Source of the DNA: Actinomycetes bacterium
Lineage (GTDB): Bacteria; Actinomycetota; Actinomycetes; Mycobacteriales; Mycobacteriaceae
Assembly (NCBI GenBank): GCA_023417985.1
Contig: JAEZDV010000011.1
Span: forward strand, 1 to 54,823
Direction of reading: 5' to 3'
DNA: 54,823 bases
The notes under the pieces are model-generated. The model worked only from the letters and a program-made list of their open reading frames with translations, did no database searches and had not been told where the DNA came from. Both the position numbers and the translations under genes were made by a program. This document shows positions 23,874 through 32,876 of this stretch, in pieces; the stretch's first letter is position 1; each line of letters begins with the position of its first letter.

Positions 23874-25430
23874 TCAGATCGGTCCGCGGCGGGCGGCGTC
23901 CTTCGCGTGGTGCAGGGCTTCCCTGAGCTGACGGCGGTCGTCGAACTCCCTGGTCGTGTGGCCGAAGCTCTGGTGCGGGTCGCTGCCGCGTCCCGCCACG
24001 ACCAGAACATCACCGCCGGTGGCGAATGCGACCGCAAGGTCGAACGCTCGGCGGCGGTCCGGTTCGACGAAAACCTCGGCCCGGCCGGCCGCGTGCGCAC
24101 CCTCGGCGACCGCCGCCCTGAGGTGATGTGGGTTCTCGGAAAACGGGCTCTCGTCGGTGACGACGACGATGTCTGCATACGTGGCGGCCGTGTGTCCGAG
24201 CGGGAATCGCTTGCCTGCATCCCGGTCGCCGGTCGCTCCGATGACGAGGATGAGACGCCCACCCGGTGTCAGTGAGCGGAGGAACGGCAACAACTGCTGT
24301 TGGCCCGGGGTGTTGTGCATGTAGTCCACGAGGGCGAGGAAATCCTGTCCGGCATCGATCCGTTCGAGACGGCCGGGAACGCCGCGCAGAGTCTCGAGGC
24401 CCGCCGCCGCGACCAGCACATCGGCACCGCTGGCGGCGAGGGATGTGAGAGCGGTCAGCGCGTTGCCCACCTGGTGCGGTCCGAGCAGTGACAACCGGAC
24501 TCGGGCATTTCCGTCACATGTGTGGACAATGAATTCGGTTCCCTCTGCACTGCAATGGATTTCGTCCGCGAACACATCCGCGCGGGTATCGCTGGCCGAA
24601 TGGGTCCACACAGGTATTTCCGTGATGGCGGCCAGCCTCCGGGCGTACTCGTCGTCTAGGTTGACCACGGCGGCCTGCGCACGCTCGGGTGTGAACAGCG
24701 CGGCTTTGGCTGCGAAGTAACGGTCCATCGTGCCGTGGAAGTCGAGGTGATCGGGGCCGAGGTTGGTGAACGCCACCGTGCGAAACCACACGCCGTCGAC
24801 CCGCCCTTGGCTGATGGCGTGCGAAGACACTTCCATCGGCACGGCATCCACAGCCTGCCGCCGGAATTCGGCGAGGGTGCGCTGGAGAACCGAGGCCTCG
24901 GGTGTCGTGTGTGTGGCCGGACGGGCGCCGGCGGGCCCGCGCACGGTGACACCGCTGATGATGCCGGTCACGATTCCGAGAGTCGTGAGCGCGGTGTCGA
25001 GGAGGTATGTCGCGCTCGTTTTGCCGTTCGTTCCGGTGACTCCATGGACATCCATCGCGCGAGACGGGTGCCGATGGATCCAGGACGCGAGCGGGCCCAC
25101 CCAGCGGCGCGGGTCCTCGACCACCAGCGTCGGGAGGTACCGGGAAGGCCGGTCGCTGAGGATCGCTACGGCGCCGCGCCTTGCAGCGTCGGCGTCGAAG
25201 GTGATGCCGTGGAAGCTGTTTCCGGGCAGGGCGGCGTAGAGGTCGCCCGGTTGCACGGTACGAGAGTCGTCGCTGACGCCGGTGACAACGCTCGCGTGTC
25301 GCTGTGGGGGCGCCTCACTCAGTGCATCCCCGAGAAGAAGGGCGAGGTCGCCGATCGTCGTTCTGCGGGGATCGTCGGGTACCGGCGAGGCCGACGGGGA
25401 TACCGTGCGGTAGTCGGGGTCGCGGGTCAC
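23874..25430 (-). CDS. MurE-like Mur ligase paralogue (stand-alone, atypical substrate motif)
   Basis: DSRTVQPGDLYAALPG, GVTGTNGKTS, TTPE, MEVSSH, DHLDFHGTM..YFAAK, VPGRLE, GDRD..KR. GTG start overlaps the stop of the upstream gene. Confidence 0.88.
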   Translation of the reverse strand: MTRDPDYRTVSPSASPVPDDPRRTTIGDLALLLGDALSEAPPQRHASVVTGVSDDSRTVQPGDLYAALPGNSFHGITFDADAARRGAVAILSDRPSRYLPTLVVEDPRRWVGPLASWIHRHPSRAMDVHGVTGTNGKTSATYLLDTALTTLGIVTGIISGVTVRGPAGARPATHTTPEASVLQRTLAEFRRQAVDAVPMEVSSHAISQGRVDGVWFRTVAFTNLGPDHLDFHGTMDRYFAAKAALFTPERAQAAVVNLDDEYARRLAAITEIPVWTHSASDTRADVFADEIHCSAEGTEFIVHTCDGNARVRLSLLGPHQVGNALTALTSLAASGADVLVAAAGLETLRGVPGRLERIDAGQDFLALVDYMHNTPGQQQLLPFLRSLTPGGRLILVIGATGDRDAGKRFPLGHTAATYADIVVVTDESPFSENPHHLRAAVAEGAHAAGRAEVFVEPDRRRAFDLAVAFATGGDVLVVAGRGSDPHQSFGHTTREFDDRRQLREALHHAKDAARRGPI

Positions 25431-26461
25431 ATCGTCGAATACCCGCTGGCGCTCGAAACGATGCTCCCAGATCCGAGCATCGAGCTTCGACCGGTGGTCC
25501 AAGCCTCCAGCAGTCGGTCGGCCAAGAGACCCTCGACGTAGTCGAACGCCCGCATACCGAACACCACGTCCGCCGCGAGGGCCGGCTCCCTGGTCACCAG
25601 GTCCTCCACCACATCGGTGCGGAGAACCTGTTCGTGCACCGCATCCGCCTCGACGTGTTCTTCGTAGAACCGCAGGCACTGCGCCGGTGCGTGAAGGCGG
25701 TGCAGTGCCTCCACCAAGCGCCGGCATCCCGGTGACGAGGTGATCTCGGCGGCCGCGAACTGTCCGACCGCTGCGCCACGCAGGGCGCGGTGCAGCCCGA
25801 AGAGGGACATCAGATTGACGGGCGTCATGCTCTCGGCCGGAACATGGTCGAGGTACGCCAGATACGCCGGATTCAGTCCGGCAGCCGAAAGGAGTTCGGC
25901 GAACATCGCGGAGTGCATCCGATCGCCACGACCGCCGCCGTACTCGTCGAACTCGACCGCCGTGAAGGCCGCCTTCGCCTGCCCCGTCAACCGGGGGATC
26001 GCCCATGCCTGCGGATCCCCTTCCTTGAGGTGATAGAGCGATCGATGGGCGAAATACTCCTGCATCTGCGGCCACGTTCCGTGCTCGCGGAGATGCCACG
26101 AAGGCCCCGTACCGGTTTCCGGTTCTGCGGACATGGCGTCCATCTCGCCGAGGGCGTCGTCTCCCGGTGGGACGAGATCACGTAACGCGTCGAGGAAGAG
26201 GCGCTCGAGTTGTGCCCGCATGCGGAGGAGGTCGGGCTGCCACTCCCAGGCGTCGTCCACCGCCGGAAAGCCCTGATAGTGGAGCTCGTAGCAGGTGTAG
26301 AGAGCCAACTGCACGTCTTCGCCGAGAGGCTCGCCGGTGGATCTTGTCGGCAGCAGAACCCGATCCGACGGATCCGTCGACAGGGCAACGATCACTGCCT
26401 CCGAGACGGGGCCGCGAGGGGTGGGGAGCGGGTGTGGCGGGAGTTCGCACGACCGGGTCAC
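25427..26461 (-). CDS. Iron-containing redox enzyme (heme-oxygenase-like diiron oxidase, HDO fold)
   Basis: LYHLKEGDP, EFDEYGGG...MH, AAAE, FYEEHVEADAVHE putative diiron ligands. Confidence 0.85.
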   Translation of the reverse strand: MTRSCELPPHPLPTPRGPVSEAVIVALSTDPSDRVLLPTRSTGEPLGEDVQLALYTCYELHYQGFPAVDDAWEWQPDLLRMRAQLERLFLDALRDLVPPGDDALGEMDAMSAEPETGTGPSWHLREHGTWPQMQEYFAHRSLYHLKEGDPQAWAIPRLTGQAKAAFTAVEFDEYGGGRGDRMHSAMFAELLSAAGLNPAYLAYLDHVPAESMTPVNLMSLFGLHRALRGAAVGQFAAAEITSSPGCRRLVEALHRLHAPAQCLRFYEEHVEADAVHEQVLRTDVVEDLVTREPALAADVVFGMRAFDYVEGLLADRLLEAWTTGRSSMLGSGSIVSSASGYSTM

Positions 26462-26590
26462 CCTTGCACGCTATCGCAGTCTTCCCCGGGCGCGAGCCCT
26501 GGTCGATCCGGCGGCTTCGGTGAAGTGTCGGCGCTTCCCTCGTACCCTCGAAGTACGGAGCGCCGCCGCTCGGCGAGGAGAGGACGTGAC

Positions 26591-27304
26591 ATGAACGCAT
26601 GGCCCGAGTCGCAGGAACTGGCTCGCCGCATGGCGGCACTGGCGCGAGAGTTCTTCCGTCCGAGTAGTCTCGCCGACACTTTGAGCGGCGTTACCGCGGC
26701 AGCAGTCGAGCTGATCCCCAACGCCGAGTGGGCCGACATCCTGACCGTGACCGGTGGGCGGACGGTGGAATCGTTCGCGGCCACTGCGAAGCTGCCGGAA
26801 GAACTCGACGCCGTGCAGGAGAAACTCGGCGAAGGGCCGTGTCTGGAGGCTGCACAGAAGAGCCTGATCGTGCGATCCGACGACCTTCGGACCGAAACGC
26901 GCTGGCCGCGCTTCGCCGCTGAGGCGGTGCAGGCGGGTGTGCTGAGCACCCTGTCGTTCCAGCTGTACCTCGACAGCGGATCGATGGGCGCACTCAACCT
27001 GTTCTCGTCGAAGCCGGGTGCATTCGATGTCGACGCGGAGGCGATCACCGAAGTCTTGGCTGCGCAAGCGGCGATGGCACTGAGCGCCGCACGCGGCCAC
27101 GAACAGTTCTCGTCGGCGCTGGCGAGCAGAGACATCATCGGCCAGGCCAAAGGCATGATCATGGAACGCTTCGGTGTCGATTCCGTGCGCGCGTTCGAAT
27201 TGCTGCGGAAGCTGTCGCAGGACAGCAACATCCCCCTCGCGGACATCGCAGCACGGCTGGTGGATTCGGGATCTGCGCGCAGCGGGGACGACACCGAGCA
27301 CTGA
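26591..27304 (+). CDS. GAF and ANTAR domain protein
   Basis: GAGGAGAGG RBS. GAF segment Q..LGEGPC...RWP.F...GALNLFS. ANTAR ALASRDIIGQAKGMIMERF...AFELLRKLSQDSNIPL. Confidence 0.93.
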   Translation: MNAWPESQELARRMAALAREFFRPSSLADTLSGVTAAAVELIPNAEWADILTVTGGRTVESFAATAKLPEELDAVQEKLGEGPCLEAAQKSLIVRSDDLRTETRWPRFAAEAVQAGVLSTLSFQLYLDSGSMGALNLFSSKPGAFDVDAEAITEVLAAQAAMALSAARGHEQFSSALASRDIIGQAKGMIMERFGVDSVRAFELLRKLSQDSNIPLADIAARLVDSGSARSGDDTEH

Positions 27305-27501
27305 CGCCGCCGCCGGGGCGGCACTCGGCCGGACTCGGGCCGTGAGCGCCGGCCTGTTACGAGCGACACAGTGTGCAATTACCGGGATCGTGTTTGGCAG
27401 CGCGCTGCACGCGGTACCGATAGGGATACCCCGGGAGGGTGTCCGACCGGACACTTCGCTCCCGGATTGTGGTACCGAGAACGAGACGATGTGGAGTTCC
27501 G

Positions 27502-27807
27502 ATGACTGCTCGACAGGAACACGTGGTTCTGGTGGGTACGCCCGCCGACGCTGCCGCGGCCGACCACTGGGCTGCAGTGCAGAATTGGGCGGAGGAAAAC
27601 GGCTGGGCCGTCTCGAGCGAACTCCCGGCCATGGGCGAGGTCTGGGGTGCAGTGGCGACCGAGGAGGTCCTCGACGGGATATGTTCTCCCGCCGAAGCCG
27701 AGCTGATCTATCGGGTACGCGCGGCAGGAATTCCGCTCTTCAGCGTCCATCAGGCCCCCGCAATGCTTGCATCCCTCACCGTGCCCGAGGCGCCGTACGC
27801 AGCTTGA
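27502..27807 (+). CDS. Small hypothetical protein (101 aa)
   Basis: GGAG RBS, ATG 27502, protein-like alpha/beta composition. Confidence 0.65.
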   Translation: MTARQEHVVLVGTPADAAAADHWAAVQNWAEENGWAVSSELPAMGEVWGAVATEEVLDGICSPAEAELIYRVRAAGIPLFSVHQAPAMLASLTVPEAPYAA

Positions 27808-27880
27808 GGTGTCATCGCCCGGCTTGTGCGCCGGTCCTCGGGACGACGACTCGGGGTCGACAACCGGCCCACGCCGCCTG

Positions 27881-27908
27881 GTAACTTCTTCGTATGACGA
27901 CGAGTTAC
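27881..27908. promoter_or_regulatory. Imperfect palindrome upstream of the monooxygenase
   Basis: GTAACT-TCTTCGTATGACGACG-AGTTAC. Confidence 0.35.
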
Positions 27909-28009
27909 ATACACTTCGTCCGGGGGTCGGCGACAAGCGGCGTGCCCGGATCCCGCGGGTCGCAGCGGCCCTTCGTCGTGCCCGATGCTGTCACGCTGGG
28001 CGCGCGGTC

Positions 28010-29494
28010 ATGAGCCATCACGACGTGGTGATCGTGGGGGCCGGGATCTCCGGCATCGGCGCGGCAGTCGCACTCCAGCAACACGGAATCGACGACTTCG
28101 TTCTCTTGGAGAAGGGGGATGCGGTCGCCGGCACCTGGCGGGACAACACGTACCCCGGATGTGCGTGCGACGTCCCGTCGGCACTGTATTCGTACTCGTT
28201 CGCCCCGAATCGCGAGTGGACCCGCTTGTTCGCCGGGCAGGAAGAAATCCGGCGGTACATCGAGCGTGTGGCGGGTGAACACCGGATCTACCCCCGTATC
28301 CGTTTCGGCACCGAAATGCGGAGCGCACGGTGGGACGCTCCGTCCCACCGGTGGATCGTCGCCACATCCTCCGGAGTGGTCACAGCGGGTGCGCTCATCG
28401 CAGCGGCGGGCCCGTGGCACGAGCCCCTCGTTCCGGACATCGCGGGGCTCGACACCTTTCCGGGCGAAGTGTTCCACTCTTCGCGATGGAACCACCGTTA
28501 CGATCTCACCGGCAAACGTGTAGCGGTCGTCGGCACAGGGGCCTCCGCGGTGCAGTTCGTGCCGGAGGTCGAACGGAAAGCCGCTGCCCTGCACCTGTAT
28601 CAGCGCACCGCCCAATGGGTACTTCCCAAGCCCGACTACGCGTTACGCCGCGCCGAACGTGCCGTCCTGCGCCGGGTGCCGGGTGCCCACTCCGCGCTCC
28701 GGCGTGTCGAATACTCCGTCATGGAGGCGCTCGGACTCGGATTCCGAAACCCCTGGATCATGAGGTTGATTCAGCAACTGGGCAAGGCATGGCTGCGGCT
28801 TCAGGTGAGCGACCCCGGATTGCGCAGAACGCTGACGCCCCAGTACACCCTGGGTTGTAAACGCCTGCTGTTCTCCAACGAGTACTACCGCGCGTTGGCG
28901 CAACCGACCGTCGAAGTGCACGCCACCGCGGTCGCATCGGTGCGGGGGAACGTCGTGGTCGGGGCGGACGGATCCGAAACCGCCGTGGACGCGATCATCT
29001 TCGGTACCGGCTTCCACATTCTCGACATGCCGGTTGCGAGCCGGATCTTCGACGAGCATGGCCGCAGTCTCGACGAGCACTGGAAGGGCAGTCCCCAGGC
29101 GTATCTCGGCACCACCATCGCCGGATTCCCGAACGCGTTCGTGCTGCTGGGCCCCTCGCTCGGTACCGGCCATACCTCGGCATTCACGATTCTGGAGGCG
29201 CAACTCGGCTACGTCGCCCAGGTGCTGACCCGTGCACGTCAGGAGGAGTGGACTCGTGTGGAGCCGCGCCGGGCCGCGCAGGAGGCCTTCAATGCCCGCG
29301 TCCAGAAAGCGCTCGCCGGTACGGTGTACAACAGCGGTGGCTGCCGGAGTTACTTCTACGACGTCAACGGCCGCAACAGCTTCAACTGGCCGTGGTCGAC
29401 CCGGCGGATGCTGAAGGAGCTTGCGACGTTCGACGAGACGGCATTCGACGTGACGGCGGCCGCTCACACCGACGTGACACCGGCGCCGTCCTGA
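28010..29494 (+). CDS. Flavin-containing monooxygenase (Baeyer-Villiger type)
   Basis: GAGISG, GTWRDNTYPGCACDVPS, FPGEVFHSSRW fingerprint, GTGASAVQ, GCKR. Confidence 0.93.
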   Translation: MSHHDVVIVGAGISGIGAAVALQQHGIDDFVLLEKGDAVAGTWRDNTYPGCACDVPSALYSYSFAPNREWTRLFAGQEEIRRYIERVAGEHRIYPRIRFGTEMRSARWDAPSHRWIVATSSGVVTAGALIAAAGPWHEPLVPDIAGLDTFPGEVFHSSRWNHRYDLTGKRVAVVGTGASAVQFVPEVERKAAALHLYQRTAQWVLPKPDYALRRAERAVLRRVPGAHSALRRVEYSVMEALGLGFRNPWIMRLIQQLGKAWLRLQVSDPGLRRTLTPQYTLGCKRLLFSNEYYRALAQPTVEVHATAVASVRGNVVVGADGSETAVDAIIFGTGFHILDMPVASRIFDEHGRSLDEHWKGSPQAYLGTTIAGFPNAFVLLGPSLGTGHTSAFTILEAQLGYVAQVLTRARQEEWTRVEPRRAAQEAFNARVQKALAGTVYNSGGCRSYFYDVNGRNSFNWPWSTRRMLKELATFDETAFDVTAAAHTDVTPAPS

Positions 29495-29521
29495 TCAGGG
29501 TCACGACGGCGGAGTGCCGGG

Positions 29522-30010
29522 TCAGGGCACGGTGTATTCGGCGGAGCAATCGTACGAGGTGTACTTCTGCCCATCGTCCGAGGTGTTGTTCACCCCGGTA
29601 ACGGCCATGATCCGGCCCGAACCGGTGGTCTGGACGGGCAGAACGATGGTCGTTCCACCTTCGTCGATCCGTACGGTGGTGTCACCGACGCCGCTGATGC
29701 CGCTGTCGAGATTCGCCCAGACCAACGTTGCTTTCTGGGTGTACGGCGCGACCGACTCCGACTGGGTACGGAACCTGAAAACCACTTGCCCGGGCGAAGG
29801 CGAGGACACGGTGACATCGCTGCGGTCGTAGCGACCGAAATCGTTGGGGTCGACGTAATCGAAGCCGCAGAACGGTGTCTCGACGGGGTCCTTCGGAGGG
29901 AAGAAGTCCACGGAATTCCACGGAACTGCATGGGCGGCACCCGTACTCAGCGATGCGGCTGCGACGGTGACGAGCAGGGCGACGATCGATCGGGCGAATC
30001 TGCGGTGCAT
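29522..30010 (-). CDS. Secreted hypothetical protein
   Basis: GAGGAG RBS. Signal peptide MHRRFARSIVALLVTVAAASLSTGAAHA. Beta-rich mature part with two Cys. Confidence 0.8.
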   Translation of the reverse strand: MHRRFARSIVALLVTVAAASLSTGAAHAVPWNSVDFFPPKDPVETPFCGFDYVDPNDFGRYDRSDVTVSSPSPGQVVFRFRTQSESVAPYTQKATLVWANLDSGISGVGDTTVRIDEGGTTIVLPVQTTGSGRIMAVTGVNNTSDDGQKYTSYDCSAEYTVP

Positions 30011-30266
30011 GTCTCTCCTCGGCGAGTTCGAGTACGAGGGGTCTGTCGACGCACTGACGATTGTGGCAGTCGGCAACGGATAGGGCACCGAGATCGTGAA
30101 AGAAGTTCTCGCCGAGCACAAACGGGCTTCCGGGAACCGATCGGGCGGGGGAGGTCGTCCTGTGCCCCCTTTCACGTTATACCGCAATCACGGTCCTCAT
30201 GGGGACCGAATTTTCGGCCCATACTCGCAGCAGTCGACGCAGGAGTAGGCGAGCGAGGAGAACGAC

Positions 30267-32876
30267 ATGGGTTTCGTGCTGAGTCTCGAAGACCTGAATC
30301 GAACAGATTCGGACGTCGCCGGTGGCAAGGGGGCGAATCTCGGAGAACTGATCCACGTTCCCGGGACGCACGTCCCCGTCGGGTTCTGTATCACGACGGA
30401 CGCCTTTCGCCGGGTGATGGAGGAGATGCCGTCCGTCGACGTACTGCTCGGCAGGTTGTCGTCACTCGCACCGGACCGGCACGACGAACTCCGGCGACTC
30501 GGTGCGGAGATCCGTGAGGCGATCGCAGAACATGCGGTTCCGGACGACGTCGCCTCGGATATCACCGGCGCACTCGCCCGTTTCGGGGAACAACAGGCGT
30601 GGGCGGTCCGGTCCAGTGCCACCGCGGAGGATCTCCCGTCGGCTTCGTTCGCCGGTCAACAGGATTCGTTCCTGAACGTCGTGGGCCGCGACTCGATTCT
30701 GCGGGCGGTCACACGATGCTGGGCTTCGTTGTTCACCGAACGCGCGGTCGCCTACCGCGTGCAAAAAGGCTTCGACCACCGGACGGTGCGGATGGCGGTC
30801 GTGGTACAGCAGATGGTTTTCCCGCAGGCGGCGGGGATGATGTTCACCGCAGACCCGCTCACGTCCGATCGCACGGCCGCTTCCGTCGAGGCCACATTCG
30901 GCCTCGGTGAAGCATTGGTATCGGGTGCCGTGATCCCCGATGTGTACACGGTGCGGGGCACGGACATCACCGCGACGATCTCCTCGAAGCACCATTCGGT
31001 CGAATCCGCGCCCGATGGAGGAACGCGTCTGCGGGATGTATCCCCGGATCGACGGTTCGAGGCGGTGTTGTCCGACGAGCAGATCCTCCGGCTCGTGAAG
31101 TTGGGCCGGGAGATCGAATCGCACTTCGGGTGTCCGCAGGACATCGAATGGTGCCTGGTCGACGATGAAGTCCACATCGTCCAGAGTCGGCCGATCACAA
31201 CGCTTTTCCCCATCCCGGTGTCAGACGACGACGAGCAGCACGTCTACGTTTCGGTCGGTCACCAGCAGATGATGACCGACGCCATGAAGCCGTTGGGAAT
31301 CTCCGTGTGGCAGATGACGAGTCCCGCACCCATGCGGACCGCGGGCGGACGGTTGTTCGTCGACGTCACGGAGGCGTTGTCGTCCCCGCTGAGCCGGGAA
31401 TCACTGGTGGAAGCGCTGGGGGCATCCGATCCGCTCCTCGGGGATGCGCTTCGCGTGATCGTTGCCCGAAGGGGATTCGTCCCCGGCTCCGACGCCCCGG
31501 CCGGTGATCGAAGCATCGGTGTGGCAGAACCGATCGACGCAGACCCCGAGGTGGTCACCGAACTGATCGCGCGCTCCGAATCCTCTCTGGCAGAGCTGAA
31601 ACGGGAGATCCGGGGGCGGTCGGGTACGGAGCTGATCGAGTTCGTCGAAACGGACATCCAGGAGTTGAGACGGATTCTGTTCGACCCGCGAAGCCTTCAG
31701 GTGATCACCGCCGCGATGGATTCGGCTCGGTGGTTGTCCGATCGCCTCGACAGCTGGCTCGGGGAGAGGGGCGCGGCCGACACCCTCGCACAATCGGTTC
31801 CCCACAACGTCACGTCCGAAATGGGTCTGGCGCTCCTCGACGTCGCGGACCGGATTCGTCCCCGGCCGGATGTGGTGGCGTTTCTGCGGCACGTCGAGGA
31901 ATCCGGGCACGACGACGAGACCTTTCTGGACGACCTGGGCAGCGTGGCGGGGGGCGGGGAGGCCCGAGCGGCGATCGAGGGGTTTCTCGGCACGTACGGG
32001 ATGCGGTGCGCGGGCGAGATCGATATCACCCGGCCGCGGTGGAGCGAACGACCGACGGCACTCGTCCCGGTGATCGTCGGCAACGTCGACAACTTCACGG
32101 CCGGCGCCGCGCAGCGGCGTTTCGAGCAAGGTCGACGTGCCGCCGAGACGAAGGAACGCGAAGTGCTGGAACGATTGCGCGCCTTGCCGGATGGGGAGCG
32201 CAAAGCGGACGAGACCGGGCGTATGATCGCTCGTCTCCGCACGTTCTCCGGATATCGCGAGTATCCGAAGTACGGCATGGTCGCCCGTTATTTCGTGTAC
32301 AAGCAGGCGCTCTCGAACGAGGCCGCACGACTGGTGCAGGACGGCGTGCTGCGCCGTGATGACGACATCTTCTACCTCACCTACGACGAGTTGCGTGAGG
32401 TGGTCCGCACGCACCGAGGATGCGACGACCTCGTCCGCGACCGGCGGCGGGCATTCGCAGTCCACGAAACTCTCACCCCGCCGCGGGTGCTCACGTCGGA
32501 CGGCGAAGCTCTGTCGGGGGAGTACCGGCGCGAAGACGTTCCGGAGGGCGCGGTGCCCGGCACGCCGGTCTCCGCCGGAGTTGTCGAAGGACGAGCTCGG
32601 GTCGTTTCGGACATGGCCCGGGCCGATCTCCGGGCAGGCGACATTCTCGTCACGGCGTACACCGATCCGAGCTGGACCCCGTTGTTCGTCTCGATCAAGG
32701 GACTGGTCACCGAGGTGGGTGGGCTGATGACCCATGGCGCCGTGGTCGCAAGGGAATACGGCGTGCCCGCCGTGGTCGGCGTGCAGCACGCGACGCGGCT
32801 GATTCGCGACGGACAACGTATCCGCGTGAACGGATCGGAAGGTTATGTCGAGATCGTGTCCGAGCCGGGCGCTTGA
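30267..32876 (+). CDS. rph: Rifamycin-inactivating phosphotransferase (PEP-synthase-like)
   Basis: ATP-grasp AGGKGANLGEL...AVRSSATAEDLP..SFAGQ. Central VYVSVGHQQMMTD and GYREYPKY. C-terminal swivel GGLMTHGAVVAREYG. This is the RPH domain order, not PpsA. Confidence 0.88.
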   Translation: MGFVLSLEDLNRTDSDVAGGKGANLGELIHVPGTHVPVGFCITTDAFRRVMEEMPSVDVLLGRLSSLAPDRHDELRRLGAEIREAIAEHAVPDDVASDITGALARFGEQQAWAVRSSATAEDLPSASFAGQQDSFLNVVGRDSILRAVTRCWASLFTERAVAYRVQKGFDHRTVRMAVVVQQMVFPQAAGMMFTADPLTSDRTAASVEATFGLGEALVSGAVIPDVYTVRGTDITATISSKHHSVESAPDGGTRLRDVSPDRRFEAVLSDEQILRLVKLGREIESHFGCPQDIEWCLVDDEVHIVQSRPITTLFPIPVSDDDEQHVYVSVGHQQMMTDAMKPLGISVWQMTSPAPMRTAGGRLFVDVTEALSSPLSRESLVEALGASDPLLGDALRVIVARRGFVPGSDAPAGDRSIGVAEPIDADPEVVTELIARSESSLAELKREIRGRSGTELIEFVETDIQELRRILFDPRSLQVITAAMDSARWLSDRLDSWLGERGAADTLAQSVPHNVTSEMGLALLDVADRIRPRPDVVAFLRHVEESGHDDETFLDDLGSVAGGGEARAAIEGFLGTYGMRCAGEIDITRPRWSERPTALVPVIVGNVDNFTAGAAQRRFEQGRRAAETKEREVLERLRALPDGERKADETGRMIARLRTFSGYREYPKYGMVARYFVYKQALSNEAARLVQDGVLRRDDDIFYLTYDELREVVRTHRGCDDLVRDRRRAFAVHETLTPPRVLTSDGEALSGEYRREDVPEGAVPGTPVSAGVVEGRARVVSDMARADLRAGDILVTAYTDPSWTPLFVSIKGLVTEVGGLMTHGAVVAREYGVPAVVGVQHATRLIRDGQRIRVNGSEGYVEIVSEPGA

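Noticed and set aside
25431..26099. Apparent N-terminal extension or fusion on the MurE-like ORF (741 aa in the track)
   Set aside because: Extension is Arg/Gly-rich off-frame sequence over the HDO gene. The GTG at 25430 overlapping the HDO stop is the better start.
27392..27417. SigF-like promoter GTTT-N16-CGGTAC
   Set aside because: The -10 deviates from GGGTA and the match is too short to separate from chance.
26400..27520. ANTAR dual-hairpin RNA target near the HDO and small-gene starts
   Set aside because: Only single weak stems found by eye. A covariance search is needed.
30267..32876. Annotation as phosphoenolpyruvate synthase
   Set aside because: Lacks the C-terminal pyruvate-binding barrel. 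The His swivel domain is C-terminal, as in RPH.
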